The notes under the pieces are model-generated. The model searched no databases. It had not been told where the DNA came from and worked only from the letters and a program-made list of their open reading frames with translations. The position numbers and the translations under genes were made by a program. Below, in pieces: positions 52,476-61,656 of a DNA stretch of 64,000 nt. Numbering within the stretch: position 1 is the first letter of the stretch; each line of letters opens with the position of its first letter. Source of the DNA: an uncultured virus (IMG/VR IMGVR_UViG_3300020459_000007) (lineage: Duplodnaviria > Heunggongvirae > Uroviricota > Caudoviricetes); IMG/VR virus record IMGVR_UViG_3300020459_000007. One strand, given 5' to 3'.

Positions 52476-53945
52476 TTAGTCTCTGATTCGGACATCAATG
52501 AATTCATAGTTAAAATTTTCTTCATTATATATTTTAACACGTTCTGTTAAATGATTTAAAGTGTAGTTTCTTTGGGTGGCAGTTGAGATGTCATCTGCTA
52601 TGTCGTATAGAACTGCTTTCGTCTTGTGGTCTCCTTTTCTCAAGACCCTACCGATCGACTGGAGGTTCCTGATCTTCGATTTTGATGGCGAAGCAAAGAC
52701 AACGTTATGTAAGTTCCGAATATTAATCCCAGTGCTAAAAGTCCCATACGATGCCACTATAATACTATCATGTGTAGTCTCAGCAATCCCTCTTGCCTTC
52801 TCTCTATCCTCTGTATCGACCCCACCGTGGACTAAAAAGACTAAGCGATCTTCTCCTACCTTATTATTTATGAGATCAAAAAGGGGCATACCATGCCGTT
52901 CAACGTAGTTGAACAGGACGAGAGTGTTACCAGACAGGTCACAAACTAGGTTGCGAATGAACTTACTGCGACCTTGGTGGTCAACGAGGTAGTCCATCTC
53001 CTCTTGGTATGTGTCAAAAGTCCTCTTATCATGCTTAAGGATGAGTACTTTGATTTCAAACTCAGAGAGATGACCCTTTTTAATAAGGGTTTCTGTCTTA
53101 GTTATCTTATCTACACTACCAAATACACCTTCGAGTACCAAGCGATTTGTCTCAGTACCATCTAAAGTACCAGTAAACCCTACACGATACTTACAATCAT
53201 AGAGCTTATTCATGATACTGGTTAAGGATTTTGCCTTAAACAGGTGTGCTTCATCTCCTATTATAGCACCAAAATTCTCAAAGTAAACTTTTGGTAGCTT
53301 GTATACTGACTGCCATGTGGTAATTATCACGTCTTTGTCAGACCTAGGATCATTACCTGCATATACTTTATGGCAGTGCTCCTTTGCATTCCACCCATAG
53401 TCCTCAAAGTCTTTGTACATCTGCTCTACCAGAGATGTCGTAGGAACTACTATGAGTGTTTGTAAATTCTTTGCTGCCCAGAACCTAGACAGAGCATAGA
53501 TCATTAGAGACTTACCACTGCCTGTAGGTGATAGTAGTAGCTTACGTTTGTTACGTAGTGCTTCGTATATACCCTTGTACTGGTAGTCTCTGACCTTATG
53601 TGGTAGGTTAAGGGTCTTTACCCAATCACCTATTCCTTGGGGAGTAACGAATTCATCCACTTCTGATGGAAGTCCATAAAATTCGTTGTCCCTATGGATA
53701 ACTTCATACCCCTTCTCTTCGCAAAACGAAGTAATGTAAGGGAGAAGGCCAACATAAATCTCGCCTGTACCTGGGGAGAATAGTTTGATTTTTCCATCCC
53801 AATACCTTTTCTTGTACGCTGACATGAACTTGGCTTGAGGCACCTCGAAAGTAAACTGATCTGCTAGCTCGTAACCTACATGAGGTTCACACTCTACAGT
53901 AAGATATACTTCGTTCTTCTTCTGAATGTAGACATTAGATTTCAT
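52476..53945 (-). CDS. uvsW: SF2 DNA helicase
   Basis: SPTGSGKS, GDEAH, TGT, QSIGRVLR. Confidence 0.96.
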   Translation of the reverse strand: MKSNVYIQKKNEVYLTVECEPHVGYELADQFTFEVPQAKFMSAYKKRYWDGKIKLFSPGTGEIYVGLLPYITSFCEEKGYEVIHRDNEFYGLPSEVDEFVTPQGIGDWVKTLNLPHKVRDYQYKGIYEALRNKRKLLLSPTGSGKSLMIYALSRFWAAKNLQTLIVVPTTSLVEQMYKDFEDYGWNAKEHCHKVYAGNDPRSDKDVIITTWQSVYKLPKVYFENFGAIIGDEAHLFKAKSLTSIMNKLYDCKYRVGFTGTLDGTETNRLVLEGVFGSVDKITKTETLIKKGHLSEFEIKVLILKHDKRTFDTYQEEMDYLVDHQGRSKFIRNLVCDLSGNTLVLFNYVERHGMPLFDLINNKVGEDRLVFLVHGGVDTEDREKARGIAETTHDSIIVASYGTFSTGINIRNLHNVVFASPSKSKIRNLQSIGRVLRKGDHKTKAVLYDIADDISTATQRNYTLNHLTERVKIYNEENFNYEFIDVRIRD

Positions 53946-54348
53946 AACCTTTCAGGAACTTAGCGAACTCTATCGCATTCTTAATATAGAAGGATCGGTT
54001 ATTGATCGCCTGCATAATAGCTTTCAATGCCTCAACCATCTGGTTATAGTACTTCAGTTTAAGAACGGACTTATTGTATACTTCATCAGCTTCCAGATAT
54101 ATTGGGACATCTGTCTTGATGAGTTTTAAAGGAAATGGTTTCTCCGCTTTGCCAGTATAGTACTCCCACCTATTCTTATAGGTGCGTTTGACTTCCATCT
54201 CCTGTTGATCCTTTAAGGTATTAAAGGAGTTGTAAAGTCTTAAATATTTAGCATGTAACTTGGGGATTGCTAAACTGTCATGATCTAATTTTTCATCATT
54301 TAGTTGTGAGTCCTTCTCCCACATGTCATTCAAAGTGTCTAGGTTCAT
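53935..54348 (-). CDS. uvsY: Recombination mediator
   Basis: IPKLHAKYL...YYTGKA...RSFYIKNAIE. Confidence 0.92.
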   Translation of the reverse strand: MNLDTLNDMWEKDSQLNDEKLDHDSLAIPKLHAKYLRLYNSFNTLKDQQEMEVKRTYKNRWEYYTGKAEKPFPLKLIKTDVPIYLEADEVYNKSVLKLKYYNQMVEALKAIMQAINNRSFYIKNAIEFAKFLKGYEI

Positions 54349-54896
54349 ACTTTATTATTATTCTTATCCGTTATCTCATACAGAGTATACTTGAAATTAA
54401 CGTCGGCCGTGAGGTAGTTGACATCAGTTGCTGATGAGTCAAACTCTAGTGTTGTCAACGATGTTGGGAAGATGTTAAAGAAGTTTACGGTAGAGATGCT
54501 TTGGTAGTTGCTGTTTAAAATAAGTAAACGAGCATCACTCATCATCTTATCGAACTCCTCAGGTCTACCCTTCTCGTCTACACTAGCAAGGTACTTCTGA
54601 AAATTCTTTTGATGTAAAGGGTTAGTAAGACCCTTAAGCCACTTGTAGATTTCATAGTAATTGTCCAAGTCTTCATTGACTAAGAACCTGAGGTTTAGAT
54701 CACCAAAGGTCATCTTATCGCCAGGTAGTGAGTAGTCTTTGACTGGTGTTGATATCTCCCTTACACCTATCTCTACTTGAGGTACAGCAGCAGACTGACA
54801 AAAATAGTCTACGTTAGGTGTCCTACCAATAATAAATTTAAAACCTATTGGTGATAGAAAATTTTGATTAGAGGGAGAAAAAAGATTTGGTTCCAT
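54345..54896 (-). CDS. gp3: Tail completion / tube terminator (T4 gp3)
   Basis: NFLSPIGFKF...PGDK...FLVNEDLDNY.EIYKW...FPTSL; ATAAATA at 54920-54926. Confidence 0.9.
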   Translation of the reverse strand: MEPNLFSPSNQNFLSPIGFKFIIGRTPNVDYFCQSAAVPQVEIGVREISTPVKDYSLPGDKMTFGDLNLRFLVNEDLDNYYEIYKWLKGLTNPLHQKNFQKYLASVDEKGRPEEFDKMMSDARLLILNSNYQSISTVNFFNIFPTSLTTLEFDSSATDVNYLTADVNFKYTLYEITDKNNNKV

Positions 54897-54922
54897 TAGT
54901 TCACGCAGGTCTCCAGTAGTAT

Positions 54923-55528
54923 TTATCCAAGCCAGAAAACGTCTGGATCTCTGATCTTATCGTGGATTTGAAATCGAAAATCTTTAAAGTCTGGTTTGTT
55001 AGTTTCGTTATGTGCAGCATCTATCCATGACAACTCAGCGTTCTTACCTCTGCTACTCTGCCCTTCTACATCATCAATGTTATACTCACCGACATAGTTC
55101 TCACCCACTGTACTAGGTGTGACACCGTTCTGCCAGTGCTGTACTGACATGAATATAGATCTACCATCACCCATGAATGCACCATGTATATCATCATGGT
55201 ATACCTTGAGGGTAAAGAAATCAGATCGCATCTTACATATCTTCTCTTGCTCTGGGTGACTGTCTATCCAATACCCACCATGACTAAAACTTATCTTACC
55301 ACGTATGTACACTTCATACGAATCTATATCTGGGTGTCTATGCTCAGGTATGATAGCATGTGGTGGCCAGTTTAAGCATTCAACTTGGTACTGTCCTTCC
55401 TTGTACATAACCTTCCTATGAAAGTTAGGTACACCAAAGAAATTTCTATTCCAACCTTCTGGTTTAGCTATCTCGCGAGGATCGAACGTATTCAAATACT
55501 CATCAACGAAACCTGTGATGGCATCCAT
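54923..55528 (-). CDS. Cupin-like hypothetical protein
   Basis: IPEHRHPDIDSYE...HGA metal-binding-like pattern. Confidence 0.65.
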   Translation of the reverse strand: MDAITGFVDEYLNTFDPREIAKPEGWNRNFFGVPNFHRKVMYKEGQYQVECLNWPPHAIIPEHRHPDIDSYEVYIRGKISFSHGGYWIDSHPEQEKICKMRSDFFTLKVYHDDIHGAFMGDGRSIFMSVQHWQNGVTPSTVGENYVGEYNIDDVEGQSSRGKNAELSWIDAAHNETNKPDFKDFRFQIHDKIRDPDVFWLG

Positions 55529-55532
55529 GCAT

Positions 55533-55564
55533 AAAAAAAGAGGTCTAATTATTTAGACCCCTTT
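55533..55564 (-). terminator. Hairpin terminator containing a CTAAATA late box
   Basis: Minus strand GGGGTCTAA-ATAA-TTAGACCTC followed by a T7 run. Confidence 0.6.
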
Positions 55565-55588
55565 CAATTAAGTTTTTAGTGCATGGGG

Positions 55589-55753
55589 TTACTCCAACAT
55601 GACTTTGCATATTCTTCGACACGAATTCGGTAAGTCTGTACACTCTATTAGGCAGTCAAAGTAATCGTCGATCTGGTTTAATTCTTTATTACTGTTGTTA
55701 TCGACACTTACACTCCAACCACTCAATTGATTTTTACTTACTAGATTGTGCAT
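55589..55753 (-). CDS. 54-aa Cys-rich microprotein (DDYFDCLIECTDLPNSCRRICKVMLE)
   Basis: Manual translation; GAGGA SD; bounded by terminators on both sides. Confidence 0.75.
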   Translation of the reverse strand: MHNLVSKNQLSGWSVSVDNNSNKELNQIDDYFDCLIECTDLPNSCRRICKVMLE

Positions 55754-55797
55754 TAATGTTCCTCGCTAAGTCTACTATTATGTATGCAAATCCACAC

Positions 55798-55813
55798 TGT
55801 ATTTACGGTTACA
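55798..55813. promoter_or_regulatory. NtcA-like box TGTA-N8-TACA
   Basis: TGTATTTACGGTTACA, 45 nt upstream of the microprotein ATG. Confidence 0.45.
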
Positions 55814-55852
55814 ATTTAACAAAAAGAAATGCCTACGAGTTTATACCTAGAC

Positions 55853-55878
55853 AAAAAAAGAGACCCCTTAGGGTCTCT
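55853..55878 (-). terminator. Rho-independent terminator after gp23
   Basis: Minus strand GAGACCC-TAAG-GGGTCTC followed by a T7 run. Confidence 0.85.
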
Positions 55879-55901
55879 CTGAGGTGTATGTAACACGAAG
55901 T

Positions 55902-57272
55902 TTACATTAGGTTTGCAACCTTTACTCTTCTGTAGTAAGCGTTAGCGTTTAAGTTACCAGCAGCTTGTGGATCTGAATCAGATAAAGCAGCGAGTCCCTT
56001 AGCAAATGGGTTAAGAACCATTCCGTAACGAGTCTTAAACCCGATACGTGGTTGGAATGAATCCTGACCGATCGCTCTGTACATTTGGAGAGGAACGTAA
56101 GGACAGTAGAATAGTCCTGCATCGTATGCATTAGAACCTTTGTATCCAACAACGTAGTACTGATCAGAACTAACGTTAGCTGAATAAGGGTCGATGTATA
56201 CTTTGAAACGTCCGTTCAATGTACCAACGAAAGTGTTACCTGTGTCATCGACTTCGCCGATACCACCAACAGCACCATTGATACCTGAATCGTAATCAAG
56301 AACACCACTCATAGCAAGAGCAGAAGCTACATCAGCACTAGTGATGATGATGTTACCCTTCCCTCTACGAGTTTCCTGTGCGATTGCGTTGGCATCTCTT
56401 TCGATCTGGAATAATAGTCCCTTGAATTTCTCAACTGACCATCTACCATTACTGTCTACGTCTAAGTCAAACACACCAGCGTTAGCTACGTTTGCTTGAG
56501 CACCAGGTTTTGCACCCCTGTATACAGTACGAACAACCTCACGGTTGATTTCAGCAAGTATCTCTGTTGAAAGAATGTTTGCTAGTTCAGACTCGGCATC
56601 TAATCCGTGGATTGCTTTCAAGTCTTGTGCTAGTTCAACTGAGTAGTCTGCTCTTAACGCTCTACCTTTAGCTTCAACAGCAATTCTGTCGATGCTAAAC
56701 GCCATTTCCATGAATGCGTTAGATGCTTGACCATCTCCTAGTCCTTCTAGATCGCTTGTACCGAACTTGCTTGAAGCAAGGTCATAGTTAGTAGCAGTTG
56801 TACCACCACCAGAAGCGTCGTTGATAAGACCTGGGTTCTTCTCAGTAGTAGCTGTAGGAGGAGTTCCACCTTTAGTACCAGAGAACTGTGCATCTGGCTC
56901 ATCGAAGAATGCTTCGTTACCAGTTTGATTTGTATATCTACTTCTCATCGCGAAGATAAGACCAGTAGGACCAGACATAGGTTGTACGCCTGCGATGTCA
57001 TAAGCAATAAGCTTAGGCATAGCACGACGGATTAAGCTGATAAGTATAGGGTCGAAACCATATACAGCACCTGCTCCAGTTGTCTGTGTGTTGATAGGAC
57101 CAACGTTTGTTGGTGCCTCTGTTAGAACGTTACGCTCTTCTTGTAGAGCACGCTCTTGGTTTTCCAAGAGAATTGCGGTAACAGACTTACGATAGTTGTC
57201 CTTGATTTCAGGAAGACCATCATGGTTAAGTACTGGTGCCCACTTCTCTTGGAGATTTTCTGCATTAAACAT
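55902..57272 (-). CDS. gp23: Major capsid protein (T4 gp23)
   Basis: EKWAPVL, GVQPMSGPTGLIFAMR, ELAQDLKAIHGLDAE, YCPYVPL, FQPRIGFKTRYG. Confidence 0.99.
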   Translation of the reverse strand: MFNAENLQEKWAPVLNHDGLPEIKDNYRKSVTAILLENQERALQEERNVLTEAPTNVGPINTQTTGAGAVYGFDPILISLIRRAMPKLIAYDIAGVQPMSGPTGLIFAMRSRYTNQTGNEAFFDEPDAQFSGTKGGTPPTATTEKNPGLINDASGGGTTATNYDLASSKFGTSDLEGLGDGQASNAFMEMAFSIDRIAVEAKGRALRADYSVELAQDLKAIHGLDAESELANILSTEILAEINREVVRTVYRGAKPGAQANVANAGVFDLDVDSNGRWSVEKFKGLLFQIERDANAIAQETRRGKGNIIITSADVASALAMSGVLDYDSGINGAVGGIGEVDDTGNTFVGTLNGRFKVYIDPYSANVSSDQYYVVGYKGSNAYDAGLFYCPYVPLQMYRAIGQDSFQPRIGFKTRYGMVLNPFAKGLAALSDSDPQAAGNLNANAYYRRVKVANLM

Positions 57273-57311
57273 GCTAGATTTACTCCGTTCTTGAGTTAGT
57301 GTTTACAGTCG

Positions 57312-58370
57312 TTATAGCCTTTTAGCTAGCTGTTCGACATACGAAGACATGCTTTCGCTAATGGCTTCAACTTTAGCTTTGGGTTCTTCAGAAGAGATTT
57401 CTTCTGCTACCTCAGGTGCTTTCGCTCCGAAGTAACTCTCTTTGATTTGTCCAAGCTTTTCACGATACGACTCTTCGTTTTTGAATTCGACTGCTTCAGC
57501 TAGAGAGGTAAACTTATCCTTCTGAACTTCTGCAAGTCCTCTGGATAGTTCTGTCAAAATCTCATTCTTTCTGTAGGTTGCTACCTTCTCATGCAGTCCA
57601 ATGTTTTTCTCAACTTGATCGTTGAGTCGGGTCTCCATTTCATCTAATTTATTGCTCATGTCTGCAACCGCATCTAGACTCTCGTCTGGAAGATTGATGT
57701 TGCTTTCAATGAACAAATTCTTTAATCCACCCATAAATGCTTCGGTGACTTCAGCACGTAGACCTGCTTCGATAGCAAGTTCGTTCTCAGTCATCCACTC
57801 TTCACAAGCATATGAGAGGAAATTCTCTATACGACCAGCAAATTCCTCTTTAATTCCTTCGAGTTCTTCGCCAATCCTGCGTTCTGCAGTTTCCTTAAGT
57901 GCTTCAACTTTGTCTGATACCTTTGCAGATACAGCAGCTTCAAATACAGTTGTTGCTTTCTTAGTGAATTCTTCGTCAAGATCCGCACCAGACAGTATTG
58001 CCTTGATGTCTTCGTTGACTCCTTCTTCGGAGATTGTCTCTCCTTCTTTCTCTACATCATCAAAGATCTTAGCAGAAAGTCCACCAGGCATTGCTGATGA
58101 AGCTCCACTTGGCTTCGTCTTGAGTGTAGAATCTTTTGTAGCACCCACAGGAGCAGCTGCTTTCGCACCTACGTTGTCAGGTCCTTCTGGTTTCTCCTTT
58201 GTAGAACCGCCTACTTCAATAGCATCGTTCTTAAGGTCAGATTGTTGTGCTGGAACCGCACCTTTTTTGATGGCTGCGTCGCCAACTGCTGCGTCTTCCT
58301 TAATAGTTCCTTCAGGAGATGCTTTCTTGTCAGCGATCACCTTTTGGAATTTTTCATCAATAGTAGACAT
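57312..58370 (-). CDS. gp22: Prohead core scaffold (T4 gp22)
   Basis: FEAAV...EEWMTENELAIE.G...KESYF; TATAAATA at 58418-58425. Confidence 0.93.
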   Translation of the reverse strand: MSTIDEKFQKVIADKKASPEGTIKEDAAVGDAAIKKGAVPAQQSDLKNDAIEVGGSTKEKPEGPDNVGAKAAAPVGATKDSTLKTKPSGASSAMPGGLSAKIFDDVEKEGETISEEGVNEDIKAILSGADLDEEFTKKATTVFEAAVSAKVSDKVEALKETAERRIGEELEGIKEEFAGRIENFLSYACEEWMTENELAIEAGLRAEVTEAFMGGLKNLFIESNINLPDESLDAVADMSNKLDEMETRLNDQVEKNIGLHEKVATYRKNEILTELSRGLAEVQKDKFTSLAEAVEFKNEESYREKLGQIKESYFGAKAPEVAEEISSEEPKAKVEAISESMSSYVEQLAKRL

Positions 58371-58427
58371 TACTTGTACTCCTACGGGATTTTAAACTAG
58401 TGTATAAATCTATAATTTATTTATAAA

Positions 58428-59078
58428 TCACAAACTTCTGAGAAATGCGTCGAACGCGGCGACCTTCCTCTCAGCAAGTTCTTGGGGTGAGGGTGCATTA
58501 TCAAGGGATGCCTTGATAGCCTCGATTTGTGCTTCTTTAATCTTACCATCGACTAAAGCCCATTCTTTACCTTCCATAATACCTTCAACAAAAGCATCAG
58601 GTGCGGAGGGGTCTGCTACTATATCAGCAGCAGTAGAAAGAATGAAGTCATCGGCGACTATACTGGTTGTGCCCTCTTTTTTAAGAGAACCTAACCCGCG
58701 TGAAGAAACACCGAGTTGTACCCCTTCCTCAAGCAAGTTCTTTGCGATCTTACCCATAGGGGTTTCTAACAACTTTGCCTTACCTATGAAGTTTCTACCT
58801 TCAGGGTAAAGTTCAACGATCTTGTGTGAAACACGATCTAAGTTAACGGTAGGACCTTCTGGATGACCTAACTCACCAAGTGCTCTCCCGCGTTGGATGA
58901 ACTCTTCGTTGTACTTTCCCACCTCACGGTTCATGGTATCGAACTTGTACATTCTACCATTACGGTTGGTGATCTCAGTCTGTAGGAAGATACCTTTGAT
59001 ATAAGTTGACTTCTTACCGTCTTTGTCTTCGGTAAGAACTTCTATATCATTGTTCTGTTCCGTTATCAGTCTCATCAT
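58428..59078 (-). CDS. gp21: Prohead protease (T4 gp21)
   Basis: NRNGRMY, GELGHP, GVSSRGLGS, DIVADPSAPDAFV. Confidence 0.96.
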   Translation of the reverse strand: MMRLITEQNNDIEVLTEDKDGKKSTYIKGIFLQTEITNRNGRMYKFDTMNREVGKYNEEFIQRGRALGELGHPEGPTVNLDRVSHKIVELYPEGRNFIGKAKLLETPMGKIAKNLLEEGVQLGVSSRGLGSLKKEGTTSIVADDFILSTAADIVADPSAPDAFVEGIMEGKEWALVDGKIKEAQIEAIKASLDNAPSPQELAERKVAAFDAFLRSL

Positions 59079-59337
59079 CGTTTTCCTCTGATTCGTTTTC
59101 AGCATTGCGGTTGATTACTTCCGCAGTTTCATCTTCTGATGCTTCTCCCTCTGGAGGTAATCCAGTTGGTTTGCCATCATCAGGGACGTGCGGAAACATT
59201 TTGTTCGCAATGTCCAATTTACTTGTGTCCACTGCAGCAGCAGCTTTCACTTGTAGCATATCTTTGAGTTTGTCTAAGGCATCTGCCCTATCATTGTCCC
59301 AAAGTAAATCAACGATTTCTCGTTCTTGTGTTGCCAT
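59047..59337 (-). CDS. Small acidic prohead-core-like protein (gp67/68 position)
   Basis: Between gp20 and gp21; acidic tail; ATAAATA at 59359-59365. Confidence 0.7.
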   Translation of the reverse strand: MATQEREIVDLLWDNDRADALDKLKDMLQVKAAAAVDTSKLDIANKMFPHVPDDGKPTGLPPEGEASEDETAEVINRNAENESEENDDETDNGTEQ

Positions 59338-59357
59338 AATGTAACGTTGTCTGTAAT

Positions 59358-60992
59358 TTATTTATCAGCTTTAGGTTTTGGAGCAACAGATTTCTGTTGA
59401 TCGGCCGCGGCTTTTGATTTTTGACTAGCAATTTGAGCTTTCTTAACTTCCTGATCGAGCTCTATATTATCAGTCTCTGCATCTAACTGCTGTTGATCTG
59501 CAGATACTAGATCTGTTGGATTGATTGCTCTACCTGATTCTATATCATCTGCGATCTGAAGATCCATGTCTTCAATTTGTCTCTCGGTTTGACCAAGAAC
59601 ATTCTGACGAATATAATCTATAGAGAAGTACTTACCAACATAAGGATCCATAAGACCAATGACATTGAGTTGCTCTGTCATCATCTCTAGGTTCTTTAGC
59701 TCCGTGAAATGATTATCATAGAGATAGTCATACTGGATATGCTCCTTCATCTCATCCCAGTCTTCAGGAGTGATGACACTCTTCAGGATTAACTGGGTCT
59801 TTAGAGTATCATTAAAGATATCACTAAACTTCTTGCGGAGTTTACCCACAAACTTAGTGAACTTCAATTCATCTCTAGTGATCTCAGATGACCTTCCAAT
59901 GTTAAATGCTTGCCCTGATTCCAAACGACCAGCTGGAACATTTAACGCTTTGTAAAGTTTTGTTTGGAAATATTGCACGTCTGTAAGCTCTCCAAGGTTC
60001 TGACCACCAGGAAGTGTAGTAATTTCAGTACCTCTACCCCCTTCTCTACGTGGTAACCAGAAATCTTCCATCATTGACATGTATTTTCTGTCGTCTCTGA
60101 TCTCTCCAGTGGCAGCATCGTATACTAATTTGTTACGATACCTTCCCATAACTTCACGTAAGTATTGTTCTGCCTTAACTTTAGGTAGGTTACCTACGTC
60201 AATATAAAATATTCTACGCTCTGGTGCTCTTGATATTCTGTATATAACTAGACTGTCCTCGATCATTCTAAGTTGATTGAGTACTTTAATTCCTTTGTGC
60301 AAATAGGACAATACAATATTTCTATTGGTGTCCATGATACCACTTGTCACGTAAGTGATAGCATCTTTGGCAATCTTGATACCACTATTCGCGGAAGTAT
60401 TGTTCAATCCTTTTGGATTGTATATGAAATATTCCTCAGATGATCCGAAGTCATACTTCATAAATTCATCTGCTGTCTTGGGTTTTGTTATCTGTCTTAC
60501 TTTCTTAATCTTTGATGGATCAATATATCTGACTTCTTTAATACCGTCTTGTGGTGCATCTAAATCAATGACCTTATGATAGTACAAACGCCCATCAATG
60601 TACCATCTGCGGAACATCTCATGGGCTTTGCCATCAAATCCAAATAAGTTTTTAATATAATCGAACTCGTCACGTATCATTCCTTTTACAGAATCACTAA
60701 CCTCAAGGTTATCAAGGTTAACTTCTACAGGACTATCATTTTGATCAGCAACTATTGCTTCATGTATAATATCTTCGATGGCGGAATCCACTTCTGGATG
60801 CATCGCCATTTCCCGATACTTCTTCACCATGTCATATTCAGTTTTGAAGTTACCGTCTAGGTCAAGATATTGACCATAGTAACCTCCTGCAATATAACTA
60901 GTAGCTCCGTCCTCGCTAGAAGGTTGGATAGGAGACGGGGCACGCTCCTTAATCTTTTGCTTCTTAAACGAGAAACCGAATAACTCTGCCAT
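59358..60992 (-). CDS. gp20: Portal protein (T4 gp20)
   Basis: YRISRAPERRIFYIDVGNLPK, EDFWLPRREGGRGTEI; CTAAATA at 61017-61023. Confidence 0.98.
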   Translation of the reverse strand: MAELFGFSFKKQKIKERAPSPIQPSSEDGATSYIAGGYYGQYLDLDGNFKTEYDMVKKYREMAMHPEVDSAIEDIIHEAIVADQNDSPVEVNLDNLEVSDSVKGMIRDEFDYIKNLFGFDGKAHEMFRRWYIDGRLYYHKVIDLDAPQDGIKEVRYIDPSKIKKVRQITKPKTADEFMKYDFGSSEEYFIYNPKGLNNTSANSGIKIAKDAITYVTSGIMDTNRNIVLSYLHKGIKVLNQLRMIEDSLVIYRISRAPERRIFYIDVGNLPKVKAEQYLREVMGRYRNKLVYDAATGEIRDDRKYMSMMEDFWLPRREGGRGTEITTLPGGQNLGELTDVQYFQTKLYKALNVPAGRLESGQAFNIGRSSEITRDELKFTKFVGKLRKKFSDIFNDTLKTQLILKSVITPEDWDEMKEHIQYDYLYDNHFTELKNLEMMTEQLNVIGLMDPYVGKYFSIDYIRQNVLGQTERQIEDMDLQIADDIESGRAINPTDLVSADQQQLDAETDNIELDQEVKKAQIASQKSKAAADQQKSVAPKPKADK

Positions 60993-61031
60993 AATATTTG
61001 GGTTTCTTTACCTGACTATTTAGTTGACTTT

Positions 61032-61637
61032 CTAAACGACGTTATTCTTGTTTTTGCCACCAGAACTTGTATGGTACTGATAAGCAAACTCAACATCAAA
61101 CTCTTCGTATGAATCGTTGTTGTCGTATGCAAGTGATACTTGTGATACACTTACAGGCCAAGCACTGACTAAATTGTACTGTCTTAATTCTGTTAGTTTT
61201 CCATCTGCAGCACCGTCACCACCAAACTTGTCTAGTTGTGTGACTTGGATGTCTACCCATGTGTCCACAATATCAGAGTTTGCAGTGTTAGCTTCAACGT
61301 CATTAGTAAGTTGGATCCACTTCTCATAAGCACTTCTTAGTGCGAATGCATCATCCATATAGAATGTACCTGTCCATGTTTCATAAGTTCTGTCGCCAGG
61401 AACTTTAATAACACGTCCACGGAAGGGAAGTTCAACTGTTCCAACGTTGGTTGCTGGTAAAGCAGCAGACTTACACATGTATGTAACAGCAGATCCTTTG
61501 GATGCTGCTACTCCGTCGATGACGGGTTCTGATAAAGCTGTGCCTTGTGGCCAAGCGTGGGCTACTGAGAAGAGGTTAGGTCGTACACCACCTCTAATCG
61601 CTCTTTGGAATTCTAAAATACCTAGTGGGGTTGCCAT
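61032..61637 (-). CDS. gp19: Tail tube protein (T4 gp19)
   Basis: GGVRPNLF...LP...FRGRVIKVPGDRTY..W...EEFDVEFAY. Confidence 0.95.
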   Translation of the reverse strand: MATPLGILEFQRAIRGGVRPNLFSVAHAWPQGTALSEPVIDGVAASKGSAVTYMCKSAALPATNVGTVELPFRGRVIKVPGDRTYETWTGTFYMDDAFALRSAYEKWIQLTNDVEANTANSDIVDTWVDIQVTQLDKFGGDGAADGKLTELRQYNLVSAWPVSVSQVSLAYDNNDSYEEFDVEFAYQYHTSSGGKNKNNVV

Positions 61638-61656
61638 TGTTAATGTGCTCCGTTAA

